From: Candidatus Latescibacterota bacterium
GTDB taxonomy: Bacteria > Latescibacterota > UBA2968
DNA: 64,000 nucleotides
Direction of reading: 5' to 3'
Assembly (NCBI GenBank): GCA_965116885.1
Contig: OZ220741.1
Span: forward strand, 3,904,001-3,968,000
The position numbers were made by a program, and so were the translations under genes. Positions 17,241 to 27,216 of this stretch are shown here, piece by piece. The notes beneath the pieces were generated by a model that had not been told where the DNA came from, ran no database searches, and worked only from the letters and a program-made list of their open reading frames with translations. The stretch's first letter is position 1. Every line of letters starts with the position of its first letter.

Positions 17241-18698
17241 CTTACAGCCCGTAAGACCCACTCGCAGAGAGCTTTAGCGTTGGGAAGCAGACGCGAGTTA
17301 GCGAGCGTTATTTTGCAAGGGCTTCCGAATTTATGGTGCGGTGCTTTAGCATGGTGGCACATTGCTCAAGGCAATGTGGGCGGTGGAGCGGTGTACAAGT
17401 GCGCCAGCACTTCATCAACCAAAATCATCCGTTCACTGACTACATAAAAATTGCATAAATTACTGTTTTTATGTATATTTATACTATGGAATACTTAACA
17501 TACAAATACAAAATGTATAGTCTCTGTGACCGCAATAAGTATCTGCACTATGAGATAGACGCTTTTGCTGAGGTGTATAATCATTTCATTGCCTTGCACA
17601 AGCGATACTATCGGCGTTTTGGCAAATATCCGAGTAAGTTCACAATGATTAACCATTTGGCAAAGCTGAAAAGAACAACACGCTTTGCACATTGGCGTTT
17701 GTTGCCGAGCCAGGCATTGCAAAATGTGGTTGAGCGTATAGACCTTGGCTATCAGAAATTCTTTGCCAGAGACAACAAGCGTCCGCCCACATTCAGGTCT
17801 CGCTTTCGGTATCAGTCCTATACGCTGAAGCAAGCAGGATACAAATTCCTCGAGCGTAACAAGGTGCGTATTGGCAAGCGTATATTCAGATACCATAAGA
17901 GCAGAAAGTTCGATGTAGAGCGTATCAAGACGGTCACAATCAAACGTGACCGTGTAGGCGATTTGTGGCTATGTGTTGTTGCAAAGGCTGAGGGTATCAA
18001 GTCATTCATGATCAAGAACGGTAAAACCGCAGGTTTTGATTTTGGCTTGCAAACATATCTAACAGCCTCAGACAGCACAAGGACACAATCGCCATTGTTC
18101 TTTAATCGTAATTCAAGGAAAGTCAAAAAGGCTAATCGCAATCTTTCTCGTAAAAAGAAAGGTAGCAACAATCGTCACAGGGCAAGCGTAAATCATGCCA
18201 GAGTGCATAGGCGCGTTGCTAATCAGCGCAGAGACTATCACTGGCGACTTGCCCATCAACTGTGTAAAGACTATGACGTTATGTTCTTTGAGACTTTGAA
18301 CATTGACGCCATGAAAGCGTTGTGGGGCAGAAAGATTAGCGATTTGGGCTTTTCAAACTTCTTGTCCATCCTCAAGTATGTGGCAAAAAAGACTGGCAAA
18401 GTTGTCAAACAAATCGACAAATGGCTACCCACGTCAAAGACCTGCTCTGCTTGTGGCACAGTCAAAGAGGACCTCGAATTGCGAGAAAGAACATTCCATT
18501 GTTGCGAATGTGGTCTTGAGATAGACAGAGACCTCAACGCGGCGATAAACATTCACAGGTGGGGGCGTCCACCTATGGCGGAGGTAGCGTAAGACTTGCC
18601 GAACTTCGGGGAAGCAAGCAACTACTGTTGATCCCACAATCCCTGCTGAAGCAACAAGGTTTTAGAATCCCAATGCTTTAGATTTGAGAGTACGTCAA
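17241..18698 (+). mobile_element. IS200/IS605-family element, tnpB-only (IS1341-like), 1458 bp
   Basis: Left-end hairpin AAGA-CCCA...GCTTTAGCGTTGGG; right end GAAT-CCCAATGCTTTAG...GAGTACGTCAA; TTAT directly 5'; no target duplication. Confidence 0.85.
17486..18592 (+). CDS. tnpB: RNA-guided endonuclease TnpB
   Basis: RuvC I GFDFG, RuvC II FFETL, Zn finger CSAC/CCEC, RuvC III DRDLNAAINI; alternative start 17471. Confidence 0.95.
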   Translation: MEYLTYKYKMYSLCDRNKYLHYEIDAFAEVYNHFIALHKRYYRRFGKYPSKFTMINHLAKLKRTTRFAHWRLLPSQALQNVVERIDLGYQKFFARDNKRPPTFRSRFRYQSYTLKQAGYKFLERNKVRIGKRIFRYHKSRKFDVERIKTVTIKRDRVGDLWLCVVAKAEGIKSFMIKNGKTAGFDFGLQTYLTASDSTRTQSPLFFNRNSRKVKKANRNLSRKKKGSNNRHRASVNHARVHRRVANQRRDYHWRLAHQLCKDYDVMFFETLNIDAMKALWGRKISDLGFSNFLSILKYVAKKTGKVVKQIDKWLPTSKTCSACGTVKEDLELRERTFHCCECGLEIDRDLNAAINIHRWGRPPMAEVA

Positions 18699-18715
18699 CA
18701 ATGTCTTACTCGGTT
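18540..18715 (+). ncRNA. Predicted omega/reRNA scaffold plus flank-derived guide (CAATGTCTTACTCGGTT...)
   Basis: Established TnpB architecture; hairpin AGGTGG-GGGCGT-CCACCT overlaps the tnpB 3' end; scaffold ends at TCAA 18698; boundaries approximate. Confidence 0.6.
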
Positions 18716-19233
18716 CAAAAGCAAAGAAGGTTCTTAAGAACCGGCACCACCAACTCTCCTCCTATGGCACTGGCAGGGAATATGACAAAACACAGTGGAA
18801 ACACCTGGTACTGCAATTCCTCCAACATGGGCTTCTCAATCGAGATCTACAACACGGCAGTCTCAAGCTGAGGCCTGATGGGCGTGAGGTGGTTAGAGGC
18901 AAAATGCAGTTTTGGGGATTTCCAGTGGAATCGGCAGATCATATAACTGAAGAACCTGTTCATGATACGACATCCGAAGAATCAAACGAATATAGTCATG
19001 AACTTTTCGAGCAACTTCGCACCAAACGCAGAGAACTATCGGAGGCTGAACATGTACCAGCGTTCGTTGTTTTTCACGACAGGACGTTGCGAGCAATGGC
19101 TGCCCAATTACCACAATCGGTGGAAGCATTCGGGCAGGTTTCCGGTGTCGGTCCTGTGAAACTTGAGAAATATGCCGATGTCTTTTTGCCTATCATTTGT
19201 GATTATTGCGAAAAACACGGGCGAAATTTTTAG
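18699..19233 (+). pseudogene. recQ: RecQ helicase C-terminal remnant (RQC + HRDC domains)
   Basis: From 18700: NVLLGSKAKKV...HHQLSSYGTG...W..L..Q; then LFEQLRTKRREL...VPAFVVFHDRTL...GVGPVKLEKY. Confidence 0.88.
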
Positions 19234-19299
19234 GCCCAAAGGCAGGGATAATTGGATTCTGGTTCACCTGCCCGGGACTGCTTCCGAAGTTATTTGGTT

Positions 19300-20916
19300 T
19301 CATGAATCGCTCCCCGCAGACCATGTATTGCCTCCTGCCCGGACGGTACCTTCTGCTTTTAGAAACTCCGCGCAGTGAATCCCGCCGCCAAGACTGTTGA
19401 CCCGTGTGATTTCGTGGCCCATTTCGATCAATCCATTCACAATATCATCGGGCAAGGCACGGGTCACACTGACCGGCTCGTGGGTTTGTACATGCATCCT
19501 CGGTCCACTGACAGCCTCGAAGGATGTTGCGCCGTAATCGACAATTTTTTGGGCGGCACGCGCGTTCACAGAGATGATGCGCCTGCCGCCTGGCATTCCG
19601 ATCGCTACATCCCGACCTGGAAGCTGAATGATGAGTGGAACTGTATTGTTCAGCGGTCGCTTGCGCGAAGCCACGGAATTTTTGCGCCCGGGTCTGGGAT
19701 CTAATCTGCACATCCCATGTCCCAGAATGATGCCTGTTTCGGGTACTGTAACAAGGGAGCCGAAAGCGCCGCCTTGAGAAATTGTTACGGCCGCCACATT
19801 CCCTTCGACATCTGCGGAAGAGACGTGGAGTGTACCATCATTTGAATCACCCATTGGCGGTGGCACAAGCTGATCTACCGCATTGGGAAACTGGCGCAGT
19901 GTTTCCACGCGACCGGCTGCATAATCTTTGCTCAGCAGTCGCTCGATCGGTACATCCACATGGTTTGGATCTGCGAGATGGAGAAGGCGATCCCGCCAGA
20001 CCAGCTTGAGAAGCTCGGCGAATCGGTGCCAGTACTCGACCGTGTCTTCTGGCAGGGGACCGAAGCATTCCCACATGTTGAGCAGTTGCAAGCTGGACAA
20101 TCCGCCGTTGGGCAAAATCGCACCATGCACGGATGCCTCGCGGTAGGTCGTGGTATATGGTTCGGTCACGCCTGGTTTGAAGGCCGCCATGTCTTCCATT
20201 GTCAAAATACCGCCAGTGGCTTGAACGTGATCCACTATTTTGCGGCCGATTTCTCCCGTGTAGAAATCTTGCCATCCGGCTTCTGAAACTCTTGCAAGGG
20301 TTTTTTCCATATCGCGGCGGTGCCAAATATCATCTGGTGTCGGGACACGTCCTTCGGGCATCAGGTGTTTTTCTGTTGCTTCAAATCTGCGGATCACCTT
20401 CTGCTGATTTTTGATCGCCCCTGCAGTAGAACCAAAGGGAAAGCCATCTTCGAGTAGCTTCAGCGATGGTGCTACCACATCGGACCATTTGAGTTTTCCC
20501 CACTTTTCCCAAATGGTGCCCATGCCTGCCATCATACCCGGGGGACCAATGGCGAGAGGGCCATGGACGTTGGCATTGTCCTTTACGCTGCAGTTGTATT
20601 CCTTTTCATTGATGCCACCAGAGGTACGCGCGGGCAGGATGGTGTACATGTGTTCGTGAGCCGCTTTGGGCGAAATTGAATTGGCGTCTATCGACCAGAC
20701 TTTGCCCGTGGCGCCTTCCAGGATCACGGCACACAGGACATAACCACCCACACCCGTGGATTGGGGCTGTAACATGCAGCATGCCATACTGGTCGCCACT
20801 GCTGCATCAAAGGCATTGCCGCCCTGTTCGAGTATTCTCGCACCGACTCTTGCCGCCTCTGGAGGCCCGGCTGCTACTGCTCCTGTTGTGCTGGTAACTT
20901 CTTGTCCCTCAGTCAT
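19300..20916 (-). CDS. ggt: Gamma-glutamyltransferase family protein
   Basis: GGNAFDAAVA, TGVGG, GTLHVS (Thr nucleophile), KRPL, GMPGG, PRMH. Confidence 0.88.
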   Translation of the reverse strand: MTEGQEVTSTTGAVAAGPPEAARVGARILEQGGNAFDAAVATSMACCMLQPQSTGVGGYVLCAVILEGATGKVWSIDANSISPKAAHEHMYTILPARTSGGINEKEYNCSVKDNANVHGPLAIGPPGMMAGMGTIWEKWGKLKWSDVVAPSLKLLEDGFPFGSTAGAIKNQQKVIRRFEATEKHLMPEGRVPTPDDIWHRRDMEKTLARVSEAGWQDFYTGEIGRKIVDHVQATGGILTMEDMAAFKPGVTEPYTTTYREASVHGAILPNGGLSSLQLLNMWECFGPLPEDTVEYWHRFAELLKLVWRDRLLHLADPNHVDVPIERLLSKDYAAGRVETLRQFPNAVDQLVPPPMGDSNDGTLHVSSADVEGNVAAVTISQGGAFGSLVTVPETGIILGHGMCRLDPRPGRKNSVASRKRPLNNTVPLIIQLPGRDVAIGMPGGRRIISVNARAAQKIVDYGATSFEAVSGPRMHVQTHEPVSVTRALPDDIVNGLIEMGHEITRVNSLGGGIHCAEFLKAEGTVRAGGNTWSAGSDS

Positions 20917-20932
20917 ATTCAATTTTCCTGTG

Positions 20933-21694
20933 TTATTTTGCTGCATATTGATTTGCGCCAACATTACTCGGCGTTCGTTGATTGGCGCACATAAGGTGGC
21001 GTACTAAGTCAGAAGGGTTTTCTAACTCTGCCAGTTGGCCGCGCATGTCTTCTTGCGGGATGAACCAGGGGCGCATATACATGCCGAGGAGTACAGACCG
21101 AATTTCAGCGGTTTGGTTTGGCCGCGCTGTATGCCAGCAGGCACCGTGCATGACAATGGCGCTTCCGCGTTTGCCGGTGAGGATTTTACCGCCTTTGATC
21201 CATTGGCTTTTGAGTTCTGGCGGTGGTGGTTCGCCTTTGAGGTGGCTTTGGGGCAGCATGGCGGTTGCGCCGTTTTCTTTGGTGAGATCGTTCAAAAGCC
21301 AGATGGTTTGTCCTGCGAGACGGCCGGGTGGCCAGGGCGGTTGCACAGACCAATAAGGGTAGTCTGAATGCCAGCCAAAACTGTCTGCGCCCGGATAGAC
21401 CGTATTGCCAGACCAGGTGGAGCAGACCATGTCGTCACCGAGGTATTTGCGCCACAGGGTTACGATGGTCGGGTGGGACATGAGTTCGAGAAAGATGGGG
21501 TGTTTGACGGCGATGCGCCCTACGCGCTGCGTTTTGGCTGCAAGCGATTGCTCGGTGGCTTCTTCTTTGAGGAGTTGCTCAAGAATACCGCGTGCTTCAT
21601 CGGCTTTTTTTTCTGGGATGACCGAAGGAATGATGTGGAAACCCACTTCATCGAGATCGGTCATGATTTTTTTATAATCGAGATTTGTTGGCAT
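20933..21694 (-). CDS. Phytanoyl-CoA dioxygenase (PhyH) family protein
   Basis: WHSD, ENGAT..PQSH, WH...N...R facial-triad pattern. Confidence 0.88.
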   Translation of the reverse strand: MPTNLDYKKIMTDLDEVGFHIIPSVIPEKKADEARGILEQLLKEEATEQSLAAKTQRVGRIAVKHPIFLELMSHPTIVTLWRKYLGDDMVCSTWSGNTVYPGADSFGWHSDYPYWSVQPPWPPGRLAGQTIWLLNDLTKENGATAMLPQSHLKGEPPPPELKSQWIKGGKILTGKRGSAIVMHGACWHTARPNQTAEIRSVLLGMYMRPWFIPQEDMRGQLAELENPSDLVRHLMCANQRTPSNVGANQYAAK

Positions 21695-21707
21695 TTTTGC
21701 TCCTGTT

Positions 21708-22874
21708 TTATTTCACTGCGTACTGCATTAATTTTTTTTCATCGATTTCAATGCCCAGTCCCGGACGGTTGGGCAGTTCGAGATAGCTGCCATTTCGGGT
21801 GAGGGAGTGTTTCAGGATCTGGTCGCTTTTTAGCTGGAAGCTCTGGTCGAAGTGTTCCATGATGACAAAGTTGAGAATGCCTGCCGAGAGCTGGAGTTGC
21901 GCGGCGGTGGAGAGGACGTTGCCTGCGCCAACTGCTGGGGCGAGTGGGATGTCGAAGGTTTCGGCGAGGTGGGCGATGCGCTGGCTACCCGTGATGCCTG
22001 TTCGCGCGAGGTCGGGCAGAAGAATGTCGGCGGCATGTGCTTCCAGAACAGCGCGGAATTGATAGGCGTTGTAATATTCCTGGCCGATGCAGATGGGTAG
22101 GGTGAGGTCGCGCGGTACTTCGGCATGGCGGCGGAGGTCTTCGCTGGGCACGGGCGATTCGAGCCAGAAGACGTCGAATTTTTCGAGTTCTTTACCCAGG
22201 GCAATTGCACCGGGTACGTCGTAATGCCAGGTGAGATCGACGAGGATATCGACGCTGGGACCAACGGCTTCGCGTGTGGCCTCTACGACGGCAACGGCAT
22301 TTTTTAAGGGCCGATTGAGGTGATATTTGACCGCGTCGTAACCCATTTCAACGGCTTTGAGGGCTTGCTCAACGCCGATTTCGGGCGTGGGACCCTGAAT
22401 GTTGTTGTAGATGCGCACTTTGTCGCGGTAGGGGCCACCGAGGAGGACGTAGCAGGGTACGTCGAGGTATTTGCCCGATAGATCCCAGAGGGCATTGTTG
22501 ATGCCCGCAAGGGCTGCCGCGAGATAACCCGAGCGGTAACCGCGACCGCGCATGGTGCCGTAGGTCATGTCGTAGAGTTTTTCGCGAGCGAGCGGATTTT
22601 CGCCGATGAGAATGGGGGCAAACAGGCGATCTACGACTGCTTTGGTGGCTTCGGGAACGAGCAGGGATTGGCCTTCGCCCCATCCGACAAGGCCATTGTC
22701 GGCGGTGATTTTGACAAAGAGGGCTTCGGCATAGCGCGCGGCTGCCATGTCGTCGATGGGAGGCGTTGTGTCATAGGAGAGAGATTTGCGAGGGCGCACA
22801 TAATCGGGAATATTTTCAGCGATATTGGGACGGGGTAATTTGACGACATAGGCGTCGATTTGTTCTATTCGCAT
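21708..22874 (-). CDS. Mandelate racemase/muconate lactonizing enzyme family protein
   Basis: GWGE, ALWDL, LLGG, KYH, VD, WLESP, GQE, LPD. Confidence 0.9.
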   Translation of the reverse strand: MRIEQIDAYVVKLPRPNIAENIPDYVRPRKSLSYDTTPPIDDMAAARYAEALFVKITADNGLVGWGEGQSLLVPEATKAVVDRLFAPILIGENPLAREKLYDMTYGTMRGRGYRSGYLAAALAGINNALWDLSGKYLDVPCYVLLGGPYRDKVRIYNNIQGPTPEIGVEQALKAVEMGYDAVKYHLNRPLKNAVAVVEATREAVGPSVDILVDLTWHYDVPGAIALGKELEKFDVFWLESPVPSEDLRRHAEVPRDLTLPICIGQEYYNAYQFRAVLEAHAADILLPDLARTGITGSQRIAHLAETFDIPLAPAVGAGNVLSTAAQLQLSAGILNFVIMEHFDQSFQLKSDQILKHSLTRNGSYLELPNRPGLGIEIDEKKLMQYAVK

Positions 22875-22901
22875 TTGTGATTCCTTTCTACCATTTGTCA
22901 A

Positions 22902-24332
22902 TTATGCAACGCCCCAGCCAGGATACTTATCCGGATCCGCAAACTCCTGTCCCAATTCCAAAAAGCCACGGGGGCCACGCCTGCCGTATTCAAATGGATC
23001 TTTTGTACCTTCCATCCAACGGTGCAATCTTTCTTCCATTTCTTGAAGTGCTGGCCGCGCTTCAGCAGAATTCGCCAGGTTAACCATTTCGAGCGGATCT
23101 TCCTGCCGGTCAAACAGATAGGGACCTCGCTCATTGGCAAACCAACGCGCATACGTATAGCGTTCGGTACGCACACCTCGCCAGCGCCCAACCCAACCGT
23201 CGCGATTGGGCCAACCGTGTGCCATATTCTGCAAATAGACAGACTCCGATCCACCAGGCGTTAACTCCGTATCTGCAGGTGCTTCACCACCACGCCACAC
23301 GCTCGAAATATCTCGCCCTTGCAGACCGTCTGGCAACGGCACGCCACAAGCACCCAGCAATGTAGGTACAATATCAATCGCACCAAAGAAAGCATCCGTT
23401 CGCGTACCAGCTTCAGTAGCATCGGGCCAACGCACCACAAACGGCACATGGCAAGATTCTTCATAAGGTGTTGCTTTTGAAGCCCGCATCGACTCGTCCA
23501 ACCAGCGACTACTGGGTTTGCCATATCCATGGCTTGAAAGGTGATCTCCATGATCTGATGTATAACAGACAATTGTATTGTCTTTGATCCCCAGGCGATC
23601 CAGGGCTTCCAACAATCGCCCCATCTCTGCATCAAGTCCTGTACAACACCCGTAATAGTCTGCAAGTTCCTCATGTGCCCATGCTTTCATCTCGTCTGGT
23701 ACATTGCCCGGCACATCCATGTCCGCAGGATTATAAATATTATATTCGTCGGGATACTGCTTATATGGCCAGTGAGGAGGTCGCCAGGACACAAAGACGG
23801 CAAATGGATCGTCTGTTCGAGCATTCAGGTGTTTTTCAATAAATTGAATAGCCAAATCCGTTTCGTTCGTGGGCGTCCAGCCTCTGTAAAAGTTCGGGCC
23901 CTCATCATTTTCGTAATAGGTTCTGTCGTAGTAGGCGCCCCGCCCTCTCCCGCCTGCAAGCGCTGCAAGATAATCCAGCCCGTACCGATTGTCGTCGCCA
24001 TACGGCCCTTTACCCAGGTGCCATGTACCCACGTGCGCAGTGCCATACCCATGCTCGCGCAAAGTGCCTGGCAGGGTTGGGATATCTCGTCGCGGACTGT
24101 ACTCATTATCAATTACCAAATTTTGCCAACCATACCGACCGGTTAGCAAAATTGCTCGATAAGGCGAACACAGCGGGTGGTTGGAAAACATATTGTCACA
24201 CACCATTCCTTCGGCTGCCATCGCATCCAAAACAGGCGTTTGGATTATGTCATTGCCATTCGCTCCCAGCGCGCTATAACGCTGCTGGTCAGAAAACACG
24301 AACAGAATATTTGGGCGTTTCTCATTACTCAT
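22902..24332 (-). CDS. Sulfatase
   Basis: SDQQR, CSPYRAILLTG, PPH, SDHG; GTWHL replaces the usual GKWHL. Confidence 0.9.
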   Translation of the reverse strand: MSNEKRPNILFVFSDQQRYSALGANGNDIIQTPVLDAMAAEGMVCDNMFSNHPLCSPYRAILLTGRYGWQNLVIDNEYSPRRDIPTLPGTLREHGYGTAHVGTWHLGKGPYGDDNRYGLDYLAALAGGRGRGAYYDRTYYENDEGPNFYRGWTPTNETDLAIQFIEKHLNARTDDPFAVFVSWRPPHWPYKQYPDEYNIYNPADMDVPGNVPDEMKAWAHEELADYYGCCTGLDAEMGRLLEALDRLGIKDNTIVCYTSDHGDHLSSHGYGKPSSRWLDESMRASKATPYEESCHVPFVVRWPDATEAGTRTDAFFGAIDIVPTLLGACGVPLPDGLQGRDISSVWRGGEAPADTELTPGGSESVYLQNMAHGWPNRDGWVGRWRGVRTERYTYARWFANERGPYLFDRQEDPLEMVNLANSAEARPALQEMEERLHRWMEGTKDPFEYGRRGPRGFLELGQEFADPDKYPGWGVA

Positions 24333-24352
24333 GGGGATTCCTTTCATAATGG

Positions 24353-27187
24353 TTACAGGAGGGTTTTGAGCAGGTTGCTCAGTAAACGATCCGCTACCGG
24401 GTCTGTGCCCAGGTTTTCGACAATGCGATGTGTGCATAGAATGTATTTGCCATTGCCGTAAGCGATTTGTGTGAGGTCAGCGCCGTGGAAGGCTTCGGTG
24501 ACGCCGATGTAGTTTTGTTTGTGTTTGAGGCCCGCATACCAGTCGTAGGTGATGTTGCCACATATCCAATCGGTTTTTGGTTCTAAAATGGACCACTGGG
24601 AGGAGATGTTTTGATATTCCTGTCCCATCAGGCAATTTGAGGGCAAGCCATCGTAGAAGGGGTGGTCTTTGACGACATGACTACAGGGCGTCCATAATCC
24701 TTTGCCGGAGTACAGAGATAGTGAGAATGGGAAGAAAATGTCTTTTTCAATGTAGCGAGACATACGGCTTTTTCCTGGTGCCATTTTGAGAAGGTGCATG
24801 GCTGGCAGGTTGAGGAAGAGTGCTGTGCCGCCGTTTTCAACCCATGTAGCGAGATCGGCGAAGCGGGTATCGGATTTGCCGTTCCAGCCCTGGAGGTTGA
24901 TGAGTGCGAGTTGGTCTGTGGGGGAGTGAGTGGAGAAGGCGGTTGTGTTGGAAAGGTATCTACCGAGTGCGCCGTTGAGGTCGATTGTCGCTATGGGTAC
25001 ATCTGGAATGGCGGATTTGTTTTTGTCCAGGACGTAGATGCTGGACTGGTTTTTGATGGGGTCTGCATCAGATGTGAATGTCAATTCGATCTGGCATAGC
25101 CCTTCAATACCACGGGTGTTAACTTCATAAGTCGCCAGGTCTGTGATGTCGGTGGGTATTGTTATTTGTTCGTTTATGTCGAGAAGATTTTGTCCATCGT
25201 TTGTGGTGACGCGGAGGGAGAGTGTGCCCGATAGATCGTTTTTGTCATTGACGGTGGTGAGCAGGATTTGGACGGATTCGCCTGCATAGACATTTTGTTT
25301 GTCGGGGCGAATGGCGACATAACGGTCGGCGAATACTTCTTTGATGGCGTAATAGGGCTTTTTGGGATTTCGGAAGTTGTCGATTAAGCCAGCCCCGATG
25401 ACCCAGTCGCCGTCGTTGAGCGCGTGGATGCCGATACCCGCGATGTCGGGATTGATGCGGCAGGCTTCGGTCATGAGTTTGTTGCCAGTGGCGTGGATTT
25501 CCTGGCAGGCCTGTACAAAGGCGTGGAAGCTGGGAAAGATCTGGTCTGTTCCGGTTTCGTGGAACACAGAGAGATAAGAATTGAGGAGGCGTTCGTGCAT
25601 GCGGTAATCCGGTGTGATGGGATTGCCTTCTGTTTTGTATTGTTCAAAATTTGCTTCGAGATCGGGGATACTGCCATACCCGAGTTCTGAGATATTGGTA
25701 AGCAAGTCGGGTTTGATTTTGCTGTTGGTGAACTGGGCGATTTCCAATCCCATTTCTTTTAGTTGCGCCTCGGTTTTGCCGAGTGCGAGCAAATTGTCGT
25801 AACTGCTTTGGGCAAAGGGTGTGCCGGGATAGTTGTGTACATCGTTGATGACAATGGGTTCGTAGGATCCGGGAAGGTAAATACTGCATCCATCAGCAAA
25901 TCCGCCTGCTTCGTCGATGATCATGCGGGTGTGGTCGCATTCACGCGCTTTTAAGGATACGCTGTGTTTGAGGCGTTTGAGACCGTTGCGCATGATTTCA
26001 TTAAACATTTCCCAGATGACGATGGAGGGGTGGTTGCGGTCTCGTTTGACCATTTCCGTGGCTTCATTTTCGATGCGTTGTTGGGTATATGGGGTGATCT
26101 GGGGCCAGTTGTCCATGCATTCGACGGGGAGTGCGCCCACAAATAGGACACCCATTTCGTCTGCGAGATCATAGACGATTGGCGGTTGGGGTTTGCGCCA
26201 CGGGCGGATCATGTTGATGTTGCCGTCTTTGATGAGTTCGAATTCTTTTTTTAGAAGATTGAGGTCGCGCGGGTATGCGAGGGCGTGTGGATAGAAGGCT
26301 TCGTTGAAGGTGGTTTTGAGGATGATTTTTTCGCCGTTTAAGTAGAAGTTTTTGCCTCTGGCTGTAAATTCTCGGAAGCCGAAGCGCGTTTTTTCAATAT
26401 CTGAGGTTTCGTTCCCAAGGGCGACTGTGGTGGTGGCGACATAGAGATTGGGTTCGTCGAGTTGCCAGAGTTTGTGGTTTGCGATGGCGAGTATTTCTTC
26501 GCGGTGACTTGTGCCGGGGTTCAGGTCGAGTGTTTCTTGCCCAGAGGCGACCTGTGTCTCGCTTTTGTATTCTGTGATCGACCAGGTGATGGTCGCGGAT
26601 TGTATTTTCAAATCCCGATTTTGAAATGTGCTGGCGATGTTGACTTCGCCCGTGTGGATGTCGGATATAACGAATGTGTCCTCAACGTACACAGGACCCG
26701 TAGCGATGAGGGAAACCGATTGCCATATACCACCGGCGATTGCACCGCGCCAATGGGGCATGTCATCGCGGCCTATGCCATCGATGACCACGTCTTGGAG
26801 AATGAGGGGCGTGATGACGCGAACGGCGATGAAGTTTTCGCCTTCGGTTAAGAGGTCGTCGATCAAGAGTTCAAAGCCGATGTATCCGCCTTCGTGCGCG
26901 CCAGCGGCTTCGCCATTGACCCAGATTTCTGCGCGGTAGTTGACGGCTCCAAAATGCAGGCGGATGATTTTGTTTTCCCAGTCGGAGGGAAGGGTAAACG
27001 TTTTGCCGTACCAGGCGACGCCTTCGTAATCTTGTTTGAATTCTTCGAGACATGCGGGGACGGTTATTTGCTCTAAGTCTGCGCAGGCATAGAAATTTTC
27101 GCGATGCTGTAAGTTGAGCGTGCGGCCCTTGTTGTCGTGATCGTAAATAACTTGCCAGGTTCCGTCGAGTGAGTGGGTTTGTTTCAT
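24353..27187 (-). CDS. Glycoside hydrolase family 2
   Basis: YEGVAWY, FGAVNY, HEGGY, FGFREF, RDRNHPSIVIWEMFNE, ISELG. Confidence 0.88.
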   Translation of the reverse strand: MKQTHSLDGTWQVIYDHDNKGRTLNLQHRENFYACADLEQITVPACLEEFKQDYEGVAWYGKTFTLPSDWENKIIRLHFGAVNYRAEIWVNGEAAGAHEGGYIGFELLIDDLLTEGENFIAVRVITPLILQDVVIDGIGRDDMPHWRGAIAGGIWQSVSLIATGPVYVEDTFVISDIHTGEVNIASTFQNRDLKIQSATITWSITEYKSETQVASGQETLDLNPGTSHREEILAIANHKLWQLDEPNLYVATTTVALGNETSDIEKTRFGFREFTARGKNFYLNGEKIILKTTFNEAFYPHALAYPRDLNLLKKEFELIKDGNINMIRPWRKPQPPIVYDLADEMGVLFVGALPVECMDNWPQITPYTQQRIENEATEMVKRDRNHPSIVIWEMFNEIMRNGLKRLKHSVSLKARECDHTRMIIDEAGGFADGCSIYLPGSYEPIVINDVHNYPGTPFAQSSYDNLLALGKTEAQLKEMGLEIAQFTNSKIKPDLLTNISELGYGSIPDLEANFEQYKTEGNPITPDYRMHERLLNSYLSVFHETGTDQIFPSFHAFVQACQEIHATGNKLMTEACRINPDIAGIGIHALNDGDWVIGAGLIDNFRNPKKPYYAIKEVFADRYVAIRPDKQNVYAGESVQILLTTVNDKNDLSGTLSLRVTTNDGQNLLDINEQITIPTDITDLATYEVNTRGIEGLCQIELTFTSDADPIKNQSSIYVLDKNKSAIPDVPIATIDLNGALGRYLSNTTAFSTHSPTDQLALINLQGWNGKSDTRFADLATWVENGGTALFLNLPAMHLLKMAPGKSRMSRYIEKDIFFPFSLSLYSGKGLWTPCSHVVKDHPFYDGLPSNCLMGQEYQNISSQWSILEPKTDWICGNITYDWYAGLKHKQNYIGVTEAFHGADLTQIAYGNGKYILCTHRIVENLGTDPVADRLLSNLLKTLL

Positions 27188-27216
27188 ATGTTGAAAAGTT
27201 CCTTTTCCATAAGAGT

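Noticed and set aside
17241..17447. C-terminal part of the called 151-aa DUF488 ORF
   Set aside because: Read-through into the IS left end, not genuine DUF488 sequence.
22874..22904. In-frame sulfatase and enolase-family ORFs on the minus strand
   Set aside because: The stop is TAA and the second gene has its own AAGGA RBS.
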